DNA from: Octopus sinensis
Taxonomy: Eukaryota
DNA: 64,000 nt
NCBI RefSeq assembly: GCF_006345805.1
Contig: NC_043006.1
Location: 103,726,001 to 103,790,000 of the forward strand
Reading direction: 5' to 3'
The translations under genes and the position numbers were made by a program. Shown piece after piece: positions 1 to 11,883 of this stretch (its first letter is position 1; each line of letters begins with the position of its first letter). Below the pieces are notes generated by a model. It was given only the letters and a program-made list of their open reading frames with translations, had not been told where the DNA came from and did not search any database.

Positions 1-206
1 CATACATACATACACAAACATCCATATATACACACACACATACATACATACATATATATATACATACATACATACATTCATACATACATACATATACACA
101 CACACATACATACATACATGCATACACTCACACATACATACATATATACATACATACACACACATACATACATACACATACATACATACATACATACATA
201 CATACA

Positions 207-240
<34 letters not shown>

Positions 241-250
241 CATACATACA
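1..250. repeat. (TACA)n/(CA)n microsatellite
   Basis: Direct reading of catacatacata repeats. Confidence 0.95.
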
Positions 251-320
251 TACGTAAAATATTGATGTGTGGTTTCGAAGAATACATGGCCAAATAGTTA
301 TATAATATTGCAGATATGTA

Positions 321-356
<36 letters not shown>

Positions 357-360
<4 letters not shown>

Positions 361-1848
361 TTGTTGTTGTCGGTATAAGATTTAAGGTTGTTAGCGTCGT
401 TATAGAATAGCTATTCGGTAGTTGTGTGCATGCAATAAATATTTCAGAAATCATTGTTCATTGTAACTCTTTCCTTGTTATTAATTTGATTTTCTAACCA
501 GGTGTATTCAATGAACGCACCTGCTGCCTATTAGAATTGACGTATGAAGGTGATTGAACCCATCACCAATAGCAATAGTTTAAACTGTATTATATAGCAA
601 GTACAATAGACATTTTACTTGTTCTTACGTGCTGCTGACATTAGTCTTAAACTACACGGTAATCACTCATCACTCTGTTACAGAGTAATGTATGTCAGCG
701 TATTTAGAGATCTGATGTGTGTGTGAGGTAGAAAAGTATTTGCTTCTATGGCAAGTAAGCCCAGCATGACGCCACAATTTGAACAGTAGTGATGATTTCA
801 TAATAGTGGAGGAGCATGGCTCGGTTTGTTAGGGTTTTTGACTCATGGTTTGTTATCACCGTTGTTATCCGATGTTTTGGTGATAACAAATGACATCAAG
901 TGCCAAGGATCTTATAGGTGTATAGGTGACAAGCGTTGGATGTGTAGTAAGAACCCTGCTTCACAATCACATGATTCCGGGTTCAGTACCACTGCGATAC
1001 ACCTTTGGTATTTATTTCAACTATGTCTCGGCCGACCAAGACTTGCGAGTGGATTTGATAGACGGGAACTGAAAGAACTCGTCGTATATATATATATAAT
1101 ATATATATATATATATAATTATTGTTGTTGTCGGTATAAGATTTAAGGTTGTTAGCGTCGTTATAGAATAGCTATTCGGTAGTTGTGTGCATGCAATAAA
1201 TATTTCAGAAATCATTGTTCATTGTAACTCTTTCCTTGTTATTAATTTGATTTTCTAACCAGGTGTATTCAATGAACGCACCTGCTGCCTATTAGAATTG
1301 ACGTATGAAGGTGATTGAACCCATCACCAATAGCAATAGTTTAAACTGTATTATATAGCAAGTACAATAGACATTTTACTTGTTCTTACGTGCTGCTGAC
1401 ATTAGTCTTAAACTACACGGTAATCACTCATCACTCTGTTACAGAGTAATGTATGTCAGCGTATTTAGAGATCTGATGTGTGTGTGAGGTAGAAAAGTAT
1501 TTGCTTCTATGGCAAGTAAGCCCAGCATGACGCCACAATTTGAACAGTAGTGATGATTTCATAATAGTGGAGGAGCATGGCTCGGTTTGTTAGGGTTTTT
1601 GACTCATGGTTTGTTATCACCGTTGTTATCCGATGTTTTGGTGATAACAAATGACATCAAGTGCCAAGGATCTTATAGGTGTATAGGTGACAAGCGTTGG
1701 ATGTGTAGTAAGAACCCTGCTTCACAATCACATGATTCCGGGTTCAGTACCACTGCGATACACCTTTGGTATTTATTTCAACTATGGTCTCGGCCGACCA
1801 AAGACTTGCGAGTGGATTTGATAGACGGGAACTGAAAGAACCTCGTCG
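357..1848. repeat. Near-identical 761-bp tandem duplication (357-1084 and 1118-1848)
   Basis: attattgttgttgtcggtataag starts at 357 and again at 1118. Both copies end in a SINE head fragment followed by (TA)n. Copy 2 has three 1-nt insertions near its end. Confidence 0.95.
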
Positions 1849-1974
1849 TATATTATATATATATATTATATATATATTATATATATATATATAAATGGAT
1901 GAATAAATTATCCTTTGTTAAGCGTTAACATGGAAAATTCAATAAACAGTTACCAGGGTAATAAAATTCTCTTT

Positions 1975-2057
1975 CTTTCCTGATAAGAAGATTGCATTTT
2001 ACACCGTTTATTCCTTTGGAATAAAACCAATGTTGTCTTCGAAACATATGTCGGAAG
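1975..2057 (+). ncRNA. Type I hammerhead-like motif with extended stem II (core C3/A8 mismatch)
   Basis: ctttc-CTGATAA-gaagat...gtcttc-GAAAC-atat-GTC-ggaag. Stem I is 5 bp, stem II 6 bp plus an internal hairpin, and stem III is the palindrome ACATATGT. Confidence 0.7.
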
Positions 2058-2159
2058 TAAAAGAATTTTAATAACATCTGCGTTCAACTCCATTTATTTA
2101 CTTATATATATATGCATATATATGCATATATATATATATATATATATGCATATATATAC

Positions 2160-2206
<47 letters not shown>

Positions 2207-3189
2207 CATATACAGACATTATATATATCTATATATATATGTATGTATGTATATGTGTGTGTATTAAATGTTAATAGATATGACTATGCATTTGAGGGCC
2301 AACTTATAATGTTATTGTTGTTGTTTTTAATGCTGCTGCTACTGTTTTTGTTGTTGTTGTTGTTATTGTTGTTTAACTCAAAACGGAAAGAGCCCGGACA
2401 AATACTGCAAAGCATCTGATCCGGCGTTTTTACAATTCTGCCAATCCAACAGTCTGAATTTGTCTCCTTTTTTTTCATCAATCTCGAAAGGACGACAGAC
2501 AAAGTTGTTCCCAGTGAAATTTTGAAGTCAGATCGCAGTGAAACGCATCGAACCGACGTACAAATTACGCTCCCAGTTCGCCATCTTTAATTGTTGTTGC
2601 TGCTATTTTGGTTGTAGTCCTTGGTCAGTTTTGTTCCACCAAACCTAAGGTACACTCTAACCTCATTTGAACGGATTGATGTGAGCCACTAATCTATTTT
2701 TATTAGTTTCAATTAATTATTCTCCAATGTTGACTACGGCACTTTTTTTATCAGAATTAATCATTAAAATAATGGTTTCCATTCAAAGCACAAGGTCAGT
2801 AATTTTGAGCAAAGTGTTACTTGATTATATCTACACTAATACTTCCACTAATAATTTATTGTACTGAACCCAAAATGATAAAAGGCAACGGTAACCTACA
2901 CAGGCTTTGAGCAGAGAAACTATAGAACTGGAACAATTAATAATTATACCACCAGCTTGTAATACTATTCCTTTATTTTGATATAGACACAAAACCAGAA
3001 ATTGTAAAGGGTGGTTATTCAATTATGTCGACCGCAATACCTGACTGGTAACCCGAAAGTATGAAGGACAAAGTGGATCTCGACAGGACATGAGGTCGAT
3101 ATGTAAAATGCTGGAACTAACAACGGAAGGCATTATGGCTGAATCTGTAACGATACTGCCAATGTAATATCCAAGCCGTATGAATAATT

Positions 3190-3490
3190 GAGACCCCCTA
3201 GTGGGATTGCACCTAGAAAGTTACCTTCCCAGGCAGAAATCCGGGCAAGGTTGTTTATGCATACCGGCATCCCTCCTCCACACCACCAGTGTTATCCAAG
3301 GGAAAAGCAAAAGGGCCGATACAGCTTGGCACCTGTGACGTCGCTACTCATTTCTACAGCTGAGTGAACTGGAGCAACGTGAAATATAGTGTCTTGCTCA
3401 AGAACACAACACGCAACCTGGTCCATGATTCAAACTCACAACCTCACAATCATAAGCTCGACGCTCTAACCACTGAGCCATGCGCCTTCT
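3190..3490 (-). mobile_element. tRNA-derived SINE (same family as 50339-50670)
   Basis: The reverse complement begins gaaggcgcatggctcagtggttagagcg and has a B-box-like gtttgaatc. The body matches 50339-50670. Confidence 0.85.
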
Positions 3491-4463
3491 CGTATGAATA
3501 ATAACGTGTGTATTAATATATAGACATGGAGGTCATATACTAAATTCCGCGTAATTGTGTAAATCATGATTACTTAAAATATCATGCGTATATGTCATTC
3601 TGAGAAGTTGACAGTTGTCAGTGTCACTAAGCTTTCGCTAAATAAATCTGAAATACGTGTACAGTTGTTATTGTAGCTGCGTATATCTAATTACATTTTA
3701 ATTGAATCTAACTTTGCTAGTTTTTCACTAATCCCTTTCAAAAGAAAGAGAAAATATAACAAAAATAATAAAAAAAAACAGCTATACTTCTGACTTTATT
3801 CTTGTTCAATTACAATTAACTTTTTGATTAGTTAATCATATATGAATGACTCACCATAGAAGCCTGCACTTAACCATATATATACATATGCGTATGTGTG
3901 TTTGTCTGGCGCATGTATTTGTGTGTGTCTGTGTGTGTGTGTGCCTGTGAGAGACAATGGGGAGAGAAATAAGAGAAAAAGAGAGACATCAATACGTATG
4001 TACTCATTCACATACATACATGTATGTGTGTATATATTTATATATTATGTATATGTGTGTGTTTGTGTTTGTGTGTTTATAGAAACATTCACCAATTAAT
4101 ACCAACCATATTATTACAGTGTACATTTAGCAGCGTTTTGCAAGCGCCTGGTCCTTGCCATGGGTTTGAGAACAGCTTTTCTATAACTCTGACTAATCGC
4201 AGCTACAGTTCTCAATATAGAGAGCACCATTCTCAAAATAAACCCAGCTGAAATATGTTGGGTGATGCACGGGGTGGGGGAAAGAGATATCGCAAAATCA
4301 GAGACCACGCTAGTTTCTAATCTTGATTCAAGTCACTTCGCTTCATTAATGTTAATAAATCTGTGAGAGTATTTCAAACTTTAAAAAGCAAAACGACGCA
4401 TCATCCTTCGAATATTGGTTTAAAACTTTGGTACAAGGCCAGTCATTTCGGAATAGGGGATAA

Positions 4464-4979
4464 GGATCTTTTCGGTTTGAACGGCAGTTTGTAACATAAT
4501 TTCTAGGTAACTAAAAAATTTTAAACTTCGTAAACTGGTAGAATGTGTTTATAAAACATCTTTTTCTCTTGGCTTTGTTGTGAAAATTCTATAGTTTGTA
4601 AGATATTTGTTGTTGTTTTTTCTTGCATTTCGGCAATTTTAACCAATCGCTGACGTCCATTGAGGTGAAAGCATTCTGTGCGTCATCAATATGTTCCTCG
4701 TTTAAGAAACAGATTGGGTTTATTTACATTTGGGATGAAAAAAAGATACCCTTCCCCTACGCTTAACCCTACCCCTAACCCTAACCCTAACTAACCCTAA
4801 CTAACCCTAACTCTAACCCTAAATCTAAAATAGATTGAAATGCAATAGATCGATACTAGTGTTATAATTATAGGTGACAATTTCACATGACACCGCTAGG
4901 GAAAATGGGAGTTTTTCCTAGCGGTGTCAAAGTTACCTAGAAATTATGTTACAAACTGCCGTTCAAACCGAAAAGATCC
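4464..4979. mobile_element. 516-bp MITE with perfect 49-bp terminal inverted repeats, Merlin-like
   Basis: TIR ggatcttttcggtttgaacggcagtttgtaacataatttctaggtaact at 4464-4512, with its exact reverse complement at 4931-4979. The 8-bp flanks are ggggataa and gggaataa (1 mismatch). The TIR begins with GG. Confidence 0.85.
4763..4822. repeat. Short degenerate (CCCTAA)n telomere-like tract inside the MITE
   Basis: taaccctacccctaaccctaaccctaactaaccctaactaaccctaactctaaccctaa. Confidence 0.85.
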
Positions 4980-5523
4980 GGGAATAAGATGATTAAATCG
5001 ATTCCAGTTCTCAACCCATACTTACTTTATCATGTCTGAAAGAATGAGAGATGAATTCCGCCAAAGTTCACCATTCTTTTCATTCATTCAGACCCACCGA
5101 AATTGCTAACGTTGTACCAAAATTTGAAATCAATATAATTTCTATTTATATAAGGTGCCTGCTCATTAAAAGAAGAAAGCAGTGAGCTGTGACTTATCGC
5201 GAAGTTGATTTTTATGTGACGTAAACATGCTGTAATTCCACAGTTGTACCAATTTCTAAGACATGAATATGTTCTTCGGTACCAACTTCTTATTTAAGCG
5301 GTATGTCAGCCTTAACTAAGTTTTATATATAATCGGATAAAACGAAGCCAAATATAACTGCCGATAATGATACTGAAATCAGAATATAACGAGCTAAATA
5401 TTGTGGATAATCTATTTCGTGGCTATATTTGGTCTATGAATATGTCGTGTCTCAACATCCATGTTTGCCATAGGCATGAACTTTCACTATTTCACAACCA
5501 GGTTAAAAAGATGAACGATGATC

Positions 5524-5562
<39 letters not shown>

Positions 5563-5564
<2 letters not shown>

Positions 5565-6033
5565 ATAATAAATCTCTGAGCGAGATATAAACAGTAACTG
5601 CTCTATAACTTAAGGAGGATCAGCCATCTGAATGTGGCTAGGGACAGGGCGGGGTGGTGGGGGTGTTACTGATTCGTTTAGCCCCAGGCGATCATCGACG
5701 TCACCAGAAGGACCGACACCATCACGGTGTCCTTGCTAGCCTGTAAAGGGAGATCAGCCTCCCTCGAAGATAGGGATACTACATACGGACCGGTTTCGAG
5801 GTAATTGCCTCTTATCAACGCATGGTAAGCACCGTTCTTCGATGAGGGACTCTCTCTACAGGCAAAATATATAAGACTTTTCACAGTAAGCACAGTCACT
5901 GATGTAGAAAAACCGTTCGAAAACAATAATAAATCTCTGAGCGAGATATAAACAGTAACTGCTCTATAACGCAAGGGGGATCAGCCATCTGAATGTGGCT
6001 AGGGACAGGCCGGGGTGGTGGGGGTGTTACTGA
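5563..6033 (-). mobile_element. 361-bp hammerhead-bearing unit with about 110 bp terminal redundancy (Penelope pLTR-like or retrozyme-like)
   Basis: aatctctgag occurs at 5571 and 5932 (period 361). One hammerhead is internal, and (TA)n lies on both sides. Confidence 0.75.
5782..5824 (-). ncRNA. Minimal type I hammerhead ribozyme, U3:A8 variant
   Basis: Minus strand reads catgcg-TTGATAA-gagg-caatta-cctc-GAAAC-cg-GTC-cgtatg. Stem I is 6 bp, stem II 4 bp, and stem III is the palindrome ACCGGT. Confidence 0.85.
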
Positions 6034-6079
6034 TGCATATATATATATAAATGTATGTATGTATGTATGTGTGTATGTA

Positions 6080-6189
6080 TAATAAAAATAATAATAATAA
6101 TAATAATGATAACAACAACAGCAACAGCAACAATAATAATAATAATAATAATAATGATAATAATAATAATAATAATAAATAATAATAAT

Positions 6190-6271
<82 letters not shown>

Positions 6272-6342
6272 AAGAAGAAGAAGAAGAAGAAGAAGAAGAA
6301 GAAGAAAAAAGAAGGAGAAGGAGAAGAAGAAGAAGAAGAAGA
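6080..6342. repeat. (AAT)n-(AAG)n compound microsatellite
   Basis: Direct reading. Confidence 0.95.
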
Positions 6343-6345
6343 ATA

Positions 6346-7042
6346 GATTGGAAGTGCTATCATGTTCATTGTTTAGTCTTGGTATAAAAGATGGGCTACA
6401 GCAAATATTCTGCTCAATACCACAGATTTGCTTGTCAGTTGTTTGACCTTAAACAATTGAGCATGTCACTTGGTTAAGGTGGGACCGAGTTAGAGTTCTT
6501 TTGCAGGTTGAGTAGCCCATCCAGCTCAAAAGGTCCCTGAATGAGGTTTATTTAAGGATGATGAACGAAACATCCATATTTCCAGAGGTGAATTATTCAA
6601 ACCCAAAAGAATCCCTCTCATCACATGGCTACGATGCTCCCCCACCAGTTGAGCATGTCCCTAAGTGGCTGACGATATGTGCATCTCTGATCACGAGCAG
6701 AAGTAGTGGGGGAGCATCATAGCCATGTGTTGAGAGGGATTCTTTGGGGTTTGAATAGTTCACCTCTGGAAACATGGGTGGTTCTTTCAACATCCTTAAA
6801 CAACCCTTATTCAGGGACCTTTTGAGCGGGATGGGCTACTCAACGTGAAGAAAATTCTAACTGGGCCCCACCTGCAAGGTCATGTGCTGTTTATCTTGAT
6901 ATGAGATCACCATGTCGCGCACATATGGTTGTGATGCATGTGCCTGGTGTACCTTTATCAGACGGGTAGTCATGATGGGTATATTGGGCTTCGTATATTT
7001 TACCCCAGTGTCACTTTGATGGCATGCACTGCTCTCTCACTC
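6346..7042 (+). mobile_element. Non-coding (TAA)n-tailed repeat element, copy 1 (5'-truncated, with an internal inverted insert)
   Basis: Matches 17576-18071 and 43984-44545 in reverse complement. Ends ctctctcactc followed by (aat)n. Confidence 0.9.
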
Positions 7043-7106
<64 letters not shown>

Positions 7107-7567
7107 TAATAATAATAATAATAATAATAATGATAATAATAACAATAATAATAAATAGTAGTAAAACACTACTACGAGTAGCAACAATGATATTCATAGG
7201 AATATTAATAGAAATCGTAAGATTTTCTTTATTTAATCTAACCCTAGAACAGAAAGGGAGGAGGTTATTTTAGCATGACAAGAAGAGAGAATTAGTGTCC
7301 AGTTTTGCATCAAACGCAATGAATGATATATTTAGCCTAAAACCATTTAGCGGTTTTGACACATCGGTGTCCGCTTCAGAAAAACAGAAACAACTAAAAA
7401 GAAAAGAAGGAAAAATAAGATTTATGCAGTTTGTACTTCGTGTGATCGTTTTCAAAACGAACCTAAAAACGTGCGATAATTTCATTTGAGTTGTTGCGCG
7501 TTAATCCACATGGTTACGTCAAATGAGGTCTCCTGCTGAAGATCAAATAAACTATAGACAACTATGG

Positions 7568-7602
<35 letters not shown>

Positions 7603-7872
7603 ATATATATGCATATATGTATGTATGCTTGTATGTATGCGTGTATGTAGGTATGTTATATGCTTTAGAGGTATTATTACGTGTTGCTGTTACCTAGGCG
7701 AAGCTTAAATCTCTAAGCTTAAGTTTCCTAAACATAGAAGCGTTAAAAATAATATCGACAGGAGGGAGGGAGAAAGAAAAAGTGGTGGTTGGCAGCAGCG
7801 AAAGCATGGGAGGTGTGGGGTGCGGAAAAAAGAAAAAAAATAAAGAAGCAAAAACAAAAATCATCACACAAC

Positions 7873-7919
7873 GACGATGATGATGATGATGATGATGATG
7901 ATAGTGATGATGATGATTG

Positions 7920-7968
<49 letters not shown>

Positions 7969-8227
7969 GATGATGATGACGATGATGATGATGATGATGT
8001 TGATGATGATGATGTTGACGATGATGATGATGGTGATGGTGATGATGTTGATGATGATGATGATGTTGATGATGTTGATGATGATGATGATGTTGATGAT
8101 GTTGACGATGATGTTGACGATGATGATGATGATGGTGATGATGATGATGATGATGATGATGGTGATGATGTTGATGATGATGATGATGATGGTGATGATG
8201 ATGTTGACGATGATGATGATGATGGTG

Positions 8228-8283
<56 letters not shown>
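7873..8283. repeat. (GAT)n microsatellite with GGT/GTT/GAC variants
   Basis: Direct reading. It is the source of the poly-D, poly-M and poly-H ORFs. Confidence 0.95.
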
Positions 8284-8498
8284 AAGACAAGAAAAATAAT
8301 CTTAATAACAACAACAACGAGGCCGCTAGTTCATAGGAATGAAGGGTTGAAATACTTGCTCATTCTCCATTGCAATGTCTCTCAGTTACTCTCTCTATGC
8401 AATGCGTGTGTGTGTTTGTGTGTGTGTGCATGGAACTACATACATACATGGATACATACATATACAGTCATATATATATCTATATATATATCTATATA

Positions 8499-8545
<47 letters not shown>

Positions 8546-8641
8546 CGCGTAGGTATGCATCTATCAATAGCTATGTTATGTATCTATATAGAAGCACACA
8601 TATATATATATACATACATGCATATATATATATATATACAT

Positions 8642-8710
<69 letters not shown>

Positions 8711-9100
8711 TGTATATATTTATATAGGTCTATGATGTACATGCATAGATATATATGCCTATGCACATTTGTATGTATGTATATATTCGTACGTATGAAT
8801 ATATGGGTGCATGGGTATATGCTTATATATGTATATATTTATAGTATTTGTCTGTCTCTGTGTGTTAGTCTAAAATAAATAATAACGCGTGCATAAACGT
8901 TATGAATTCGCTTACGACGAGGAAGAATGTTCGTCTTCTGGTTTATATCCATTCTCACGCTGACAATTATGAACTTGAGACCCCCTCCCTCACACACGCG
9001 CACACATATATACACATACTCACAAACATGCATACACACATGCAAACGCACTCACATACATCTATATAGTTGTAAACGCTTTACCCACACATCCATGCAC

Positions 9101-9142
<42 letters not shown>

Positions 9143-9290
9143 GTATGTGTGTGTGTGTGTGTGTGTGTCTCTGTGTCTGTGTGTGTTTGTGTAAATATAT
9201 GTGCATATATATATATATATATATGTACACACATAAACTTATATATACATATTTGTCCATCTATCTATCTATCTATCTATCTATCTCTCC

Positions 9291-9323
<33 letters not shown>

Positions 9324-9561
9324 AATATGTATATACATGTGCATACACACATATATGTATACATACATTCACAAAGAAATAAACACATACATGCACACTC
9401 TTACATATATACATACATACACATACATACATATACATACATACGTACATATACACATACATACATACACAAACAAATACATACATACACACATACATAC
9501 AGAAACAAATACATACGTACATATACACACACATACATACATACATACATACATACATACA

Positions 9562-9593
<32 letters not shown>

Positions 9594-9869
9594 AACATTC
9601 CAAGAGCTGTGGCTGATTTTCGTGAAATTCCATGCAGAATCGGGTAAGATAAGGGCGTCGATGGTGATGACGAAGCTGCTGTAGTCGATGTTGATGACGA
9701 CGACGATGACGACCATGATGATGATGATGATGATGAAATTAACGATGCTGATGGTTACGATGCTGTTGGTAATGAGGTATTATCTATGCCACTACTCTTG
9801 AACTGTGTTTCCATAACAACCAGCACGACTAACATATTACTGATGTGGTTGAGTGGCATGTCAAAGGAA

Positions 9870-10615
9870 GAGGGCAGGGAGAGAGAGAGGGGGGAGAGAA
9901 AGATGGAGAGAGAGAGGGATGAGGGAGAAACCGGGAGAGAAGAAATTGGAGAGGAAGATAGAATGATTAAATAGAGCAGAAAGCAGAGAGCGAGGCAGAT
10001 GGGGTGAAGAGGAGGTGAGCGACTTGAAGTAGAAGGGATACGAAAGTGAGAGAGAGAAGAGAGAAGAGAGAGAGAAGAGAGAGAAGAGAGTGGAAGAGAG
10101 CGCCAACGTAAAGATGAGAAAGAGAGGAGGTGGTGAGTGCGTGAGAGAGAGAGAAGGGGGAGGTGGTGAGTGAGAGAGAGATGTGGTAGAAAGGAGGAGG
10201 GAAGGAAACGGCAGCTATTTGAAGTATAAGAAAAAAAAAGGTGTGATAAGATATAAAGAGAATGGAAGATTGTTTAATTGGGTGGCAGAGAGGAAGAGAA
10301 AAAGAGGGAGAGAGAGAGACGGAGAGGAAAAGGGGAGAAGAGAGAAAGAAAGGGAGGGAGAAGGAGAAGGAGAAGAAAGCGAGAGATGGAGAGAAAGACA
10401 TGGTGAGAGAAGGAAAACTGACGTGATTGGAAGTGAAAGAGACTTATAAAGAAGTAGAGAGGGTTAGGATAGAGAGGAAATGAAGTGCAGAGAGAGAGAG
10501 AGAGAGAAAGAGAGACAGATGAAGCGAAACAGAGAGAGAGAGAGGAAGGGAATTAAATATAAGAGGTAATTTAAATAGAATAAGTGAGAAGATAACAGGA
10601 GAAAAGGGGAGAGAT

Positions 10616-10660
<45 letters not shown>
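9870..10660. repeat. (GA)-rich polypurine low-complexity tract
   Basis: Direct reading. Confidence 0.9.
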
Positions 10661-10665
<5 letters not shown>

Positions 10666-11397
10666 AAAACTGAAAGTATTTGTAGAAATGTGCCTATCAG
10701 TACATGGACACATGGAAATACCTGAACAGGCATGCGCGTGCATACAATTCCCCACACCCAAACAAACGCACATAAACACAAGCTCACTCATATATATATA
10801 TATATATGTTTATACACACACAGACATTTCATATATATATATATAAATGTATGCATGAATGGATATAAATATACAACCATACCTTGTATAAATATGCACA
10901 ATGAACTCTCCCGTCTTTAGTTGACGCATGAGGATCCTGCAATTCCTTGCTGAACAATCACACAGGTGATTTCATTATAGTGATCAAAAACTTTGTGTTC
11001 ACATAAGCTCACTCTCGCTATTACATCGTCATTACCTGTACAGGTGCACGACATATCACATGTTAGATGAGGTGTTGATTGCAGAGCAATGTGAAATGAG
11101 GTTTTTATCTCAAGAACACAACGCAAAAACTGGTATGAGAATCGTGATTGCAACAACGTAACCACTCAGACAGGGGCGACCAGATCAAACCACCTCAAGT
11201 ATAACTGTCCGAAATGGTTGTGACTTCTGGGACTTAACTGATGAAAGAAAACCAAGAATGACTCGTCCTTTTTTGCCTGTCCTTCTCATTGTTGTTTCTC
11301 TTGCCCACCTACGTATCGTCTATCTGTCCGAACATTTTAATGCTCTCTATTATGTTTTTATTCCTTAATATATATATATGTGTGGTGTATGTATGTA

Positions 11398-11510
<113 letters not shown>

Positions 11511-11511
11511 A

Positions 11512-11830
11512 TAGGTCACTTTTGAGTGCTACTGGTAACATGTAACCCAGTACAACCTGTTGCCTGTTCGGGTCGTCGGCGACTAAACCGGCAACCGGCA
11601 AGCTTGCTTGGTGAGGAGGGTGTTTATTGGACACCCTGCGGGATGAAAAATAAAACCCGTCAAAGGTTGGAGGAACACTTGAGAGTCAACGGCCATCCAA
11701 TAAATATCTTAAGGCTGTATCATGCACGGGGACATAGAAATAATCGGACTGAATACCCGATCGCGCGGTTAAACCAATGGGAATGAAGGTCTCCTAGCCT
11801 TTGTTAGGGCATCCTTCTAGGAGAAGGTAT
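11512..11830 (+). mobile_element. Structured repeat, probable 5' UTR fragment of an RTE-like LINE
   Basis: GC-rich island with the hairpin gttgcc..gtcg-tcgg-cgac..ggcaac and the motif gggcatccttctaggagaagg, which resembles RTE 5' UTR motifs from memory. Confidence 0.35.
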
Positions 11831-11883
11831 CTCAGGTAACTGTATATATGAAGATATGTATGCATGTATTACCATAATGTTGT

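Larger units (their letters stand above)
4420..5090 (-). mobile_element. tRNA-derived SINE (Nin-like central domain family) split by a MITE insertion
   Basis: The flanks ggtacaaggccagtcatttcgg and gattaaatcgattccag...gaatgagagatgaattc join into the family seen at 26340-26515. Confidence 0.65.

Noticed and set aside
4763-4822. Telomere or chromosome-fusion relic
   Set aside because: It is only about 60 bp, degenerate and enclosed within MITE TIRs.
7694-8727. Long ORFs encoding poly-D, poly-M and poly-H (up to 312 aa)
   Set aside because: They are translations of a (GAT)n microsatellite running into (TA)n, with no splice or domain evidence.
11238-11244. CUGAUGA/CUGAAGA cores at 11238, 54149, minus 58343 and minus 59044 with an upstream GAAAT (type II hammerhead)
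   Set aside because: Stems I and III could not be paired consistently in any copy. It is worth revisiting only with a family consensus.
11750-11830. HDV-like ribozyme in the putative RTE 5' UTR
   Set aside because: tctcctag/ctaggaga pairs, but I could not place P3/L3 or the nested pseudoknot. It folds as simple hairpins.
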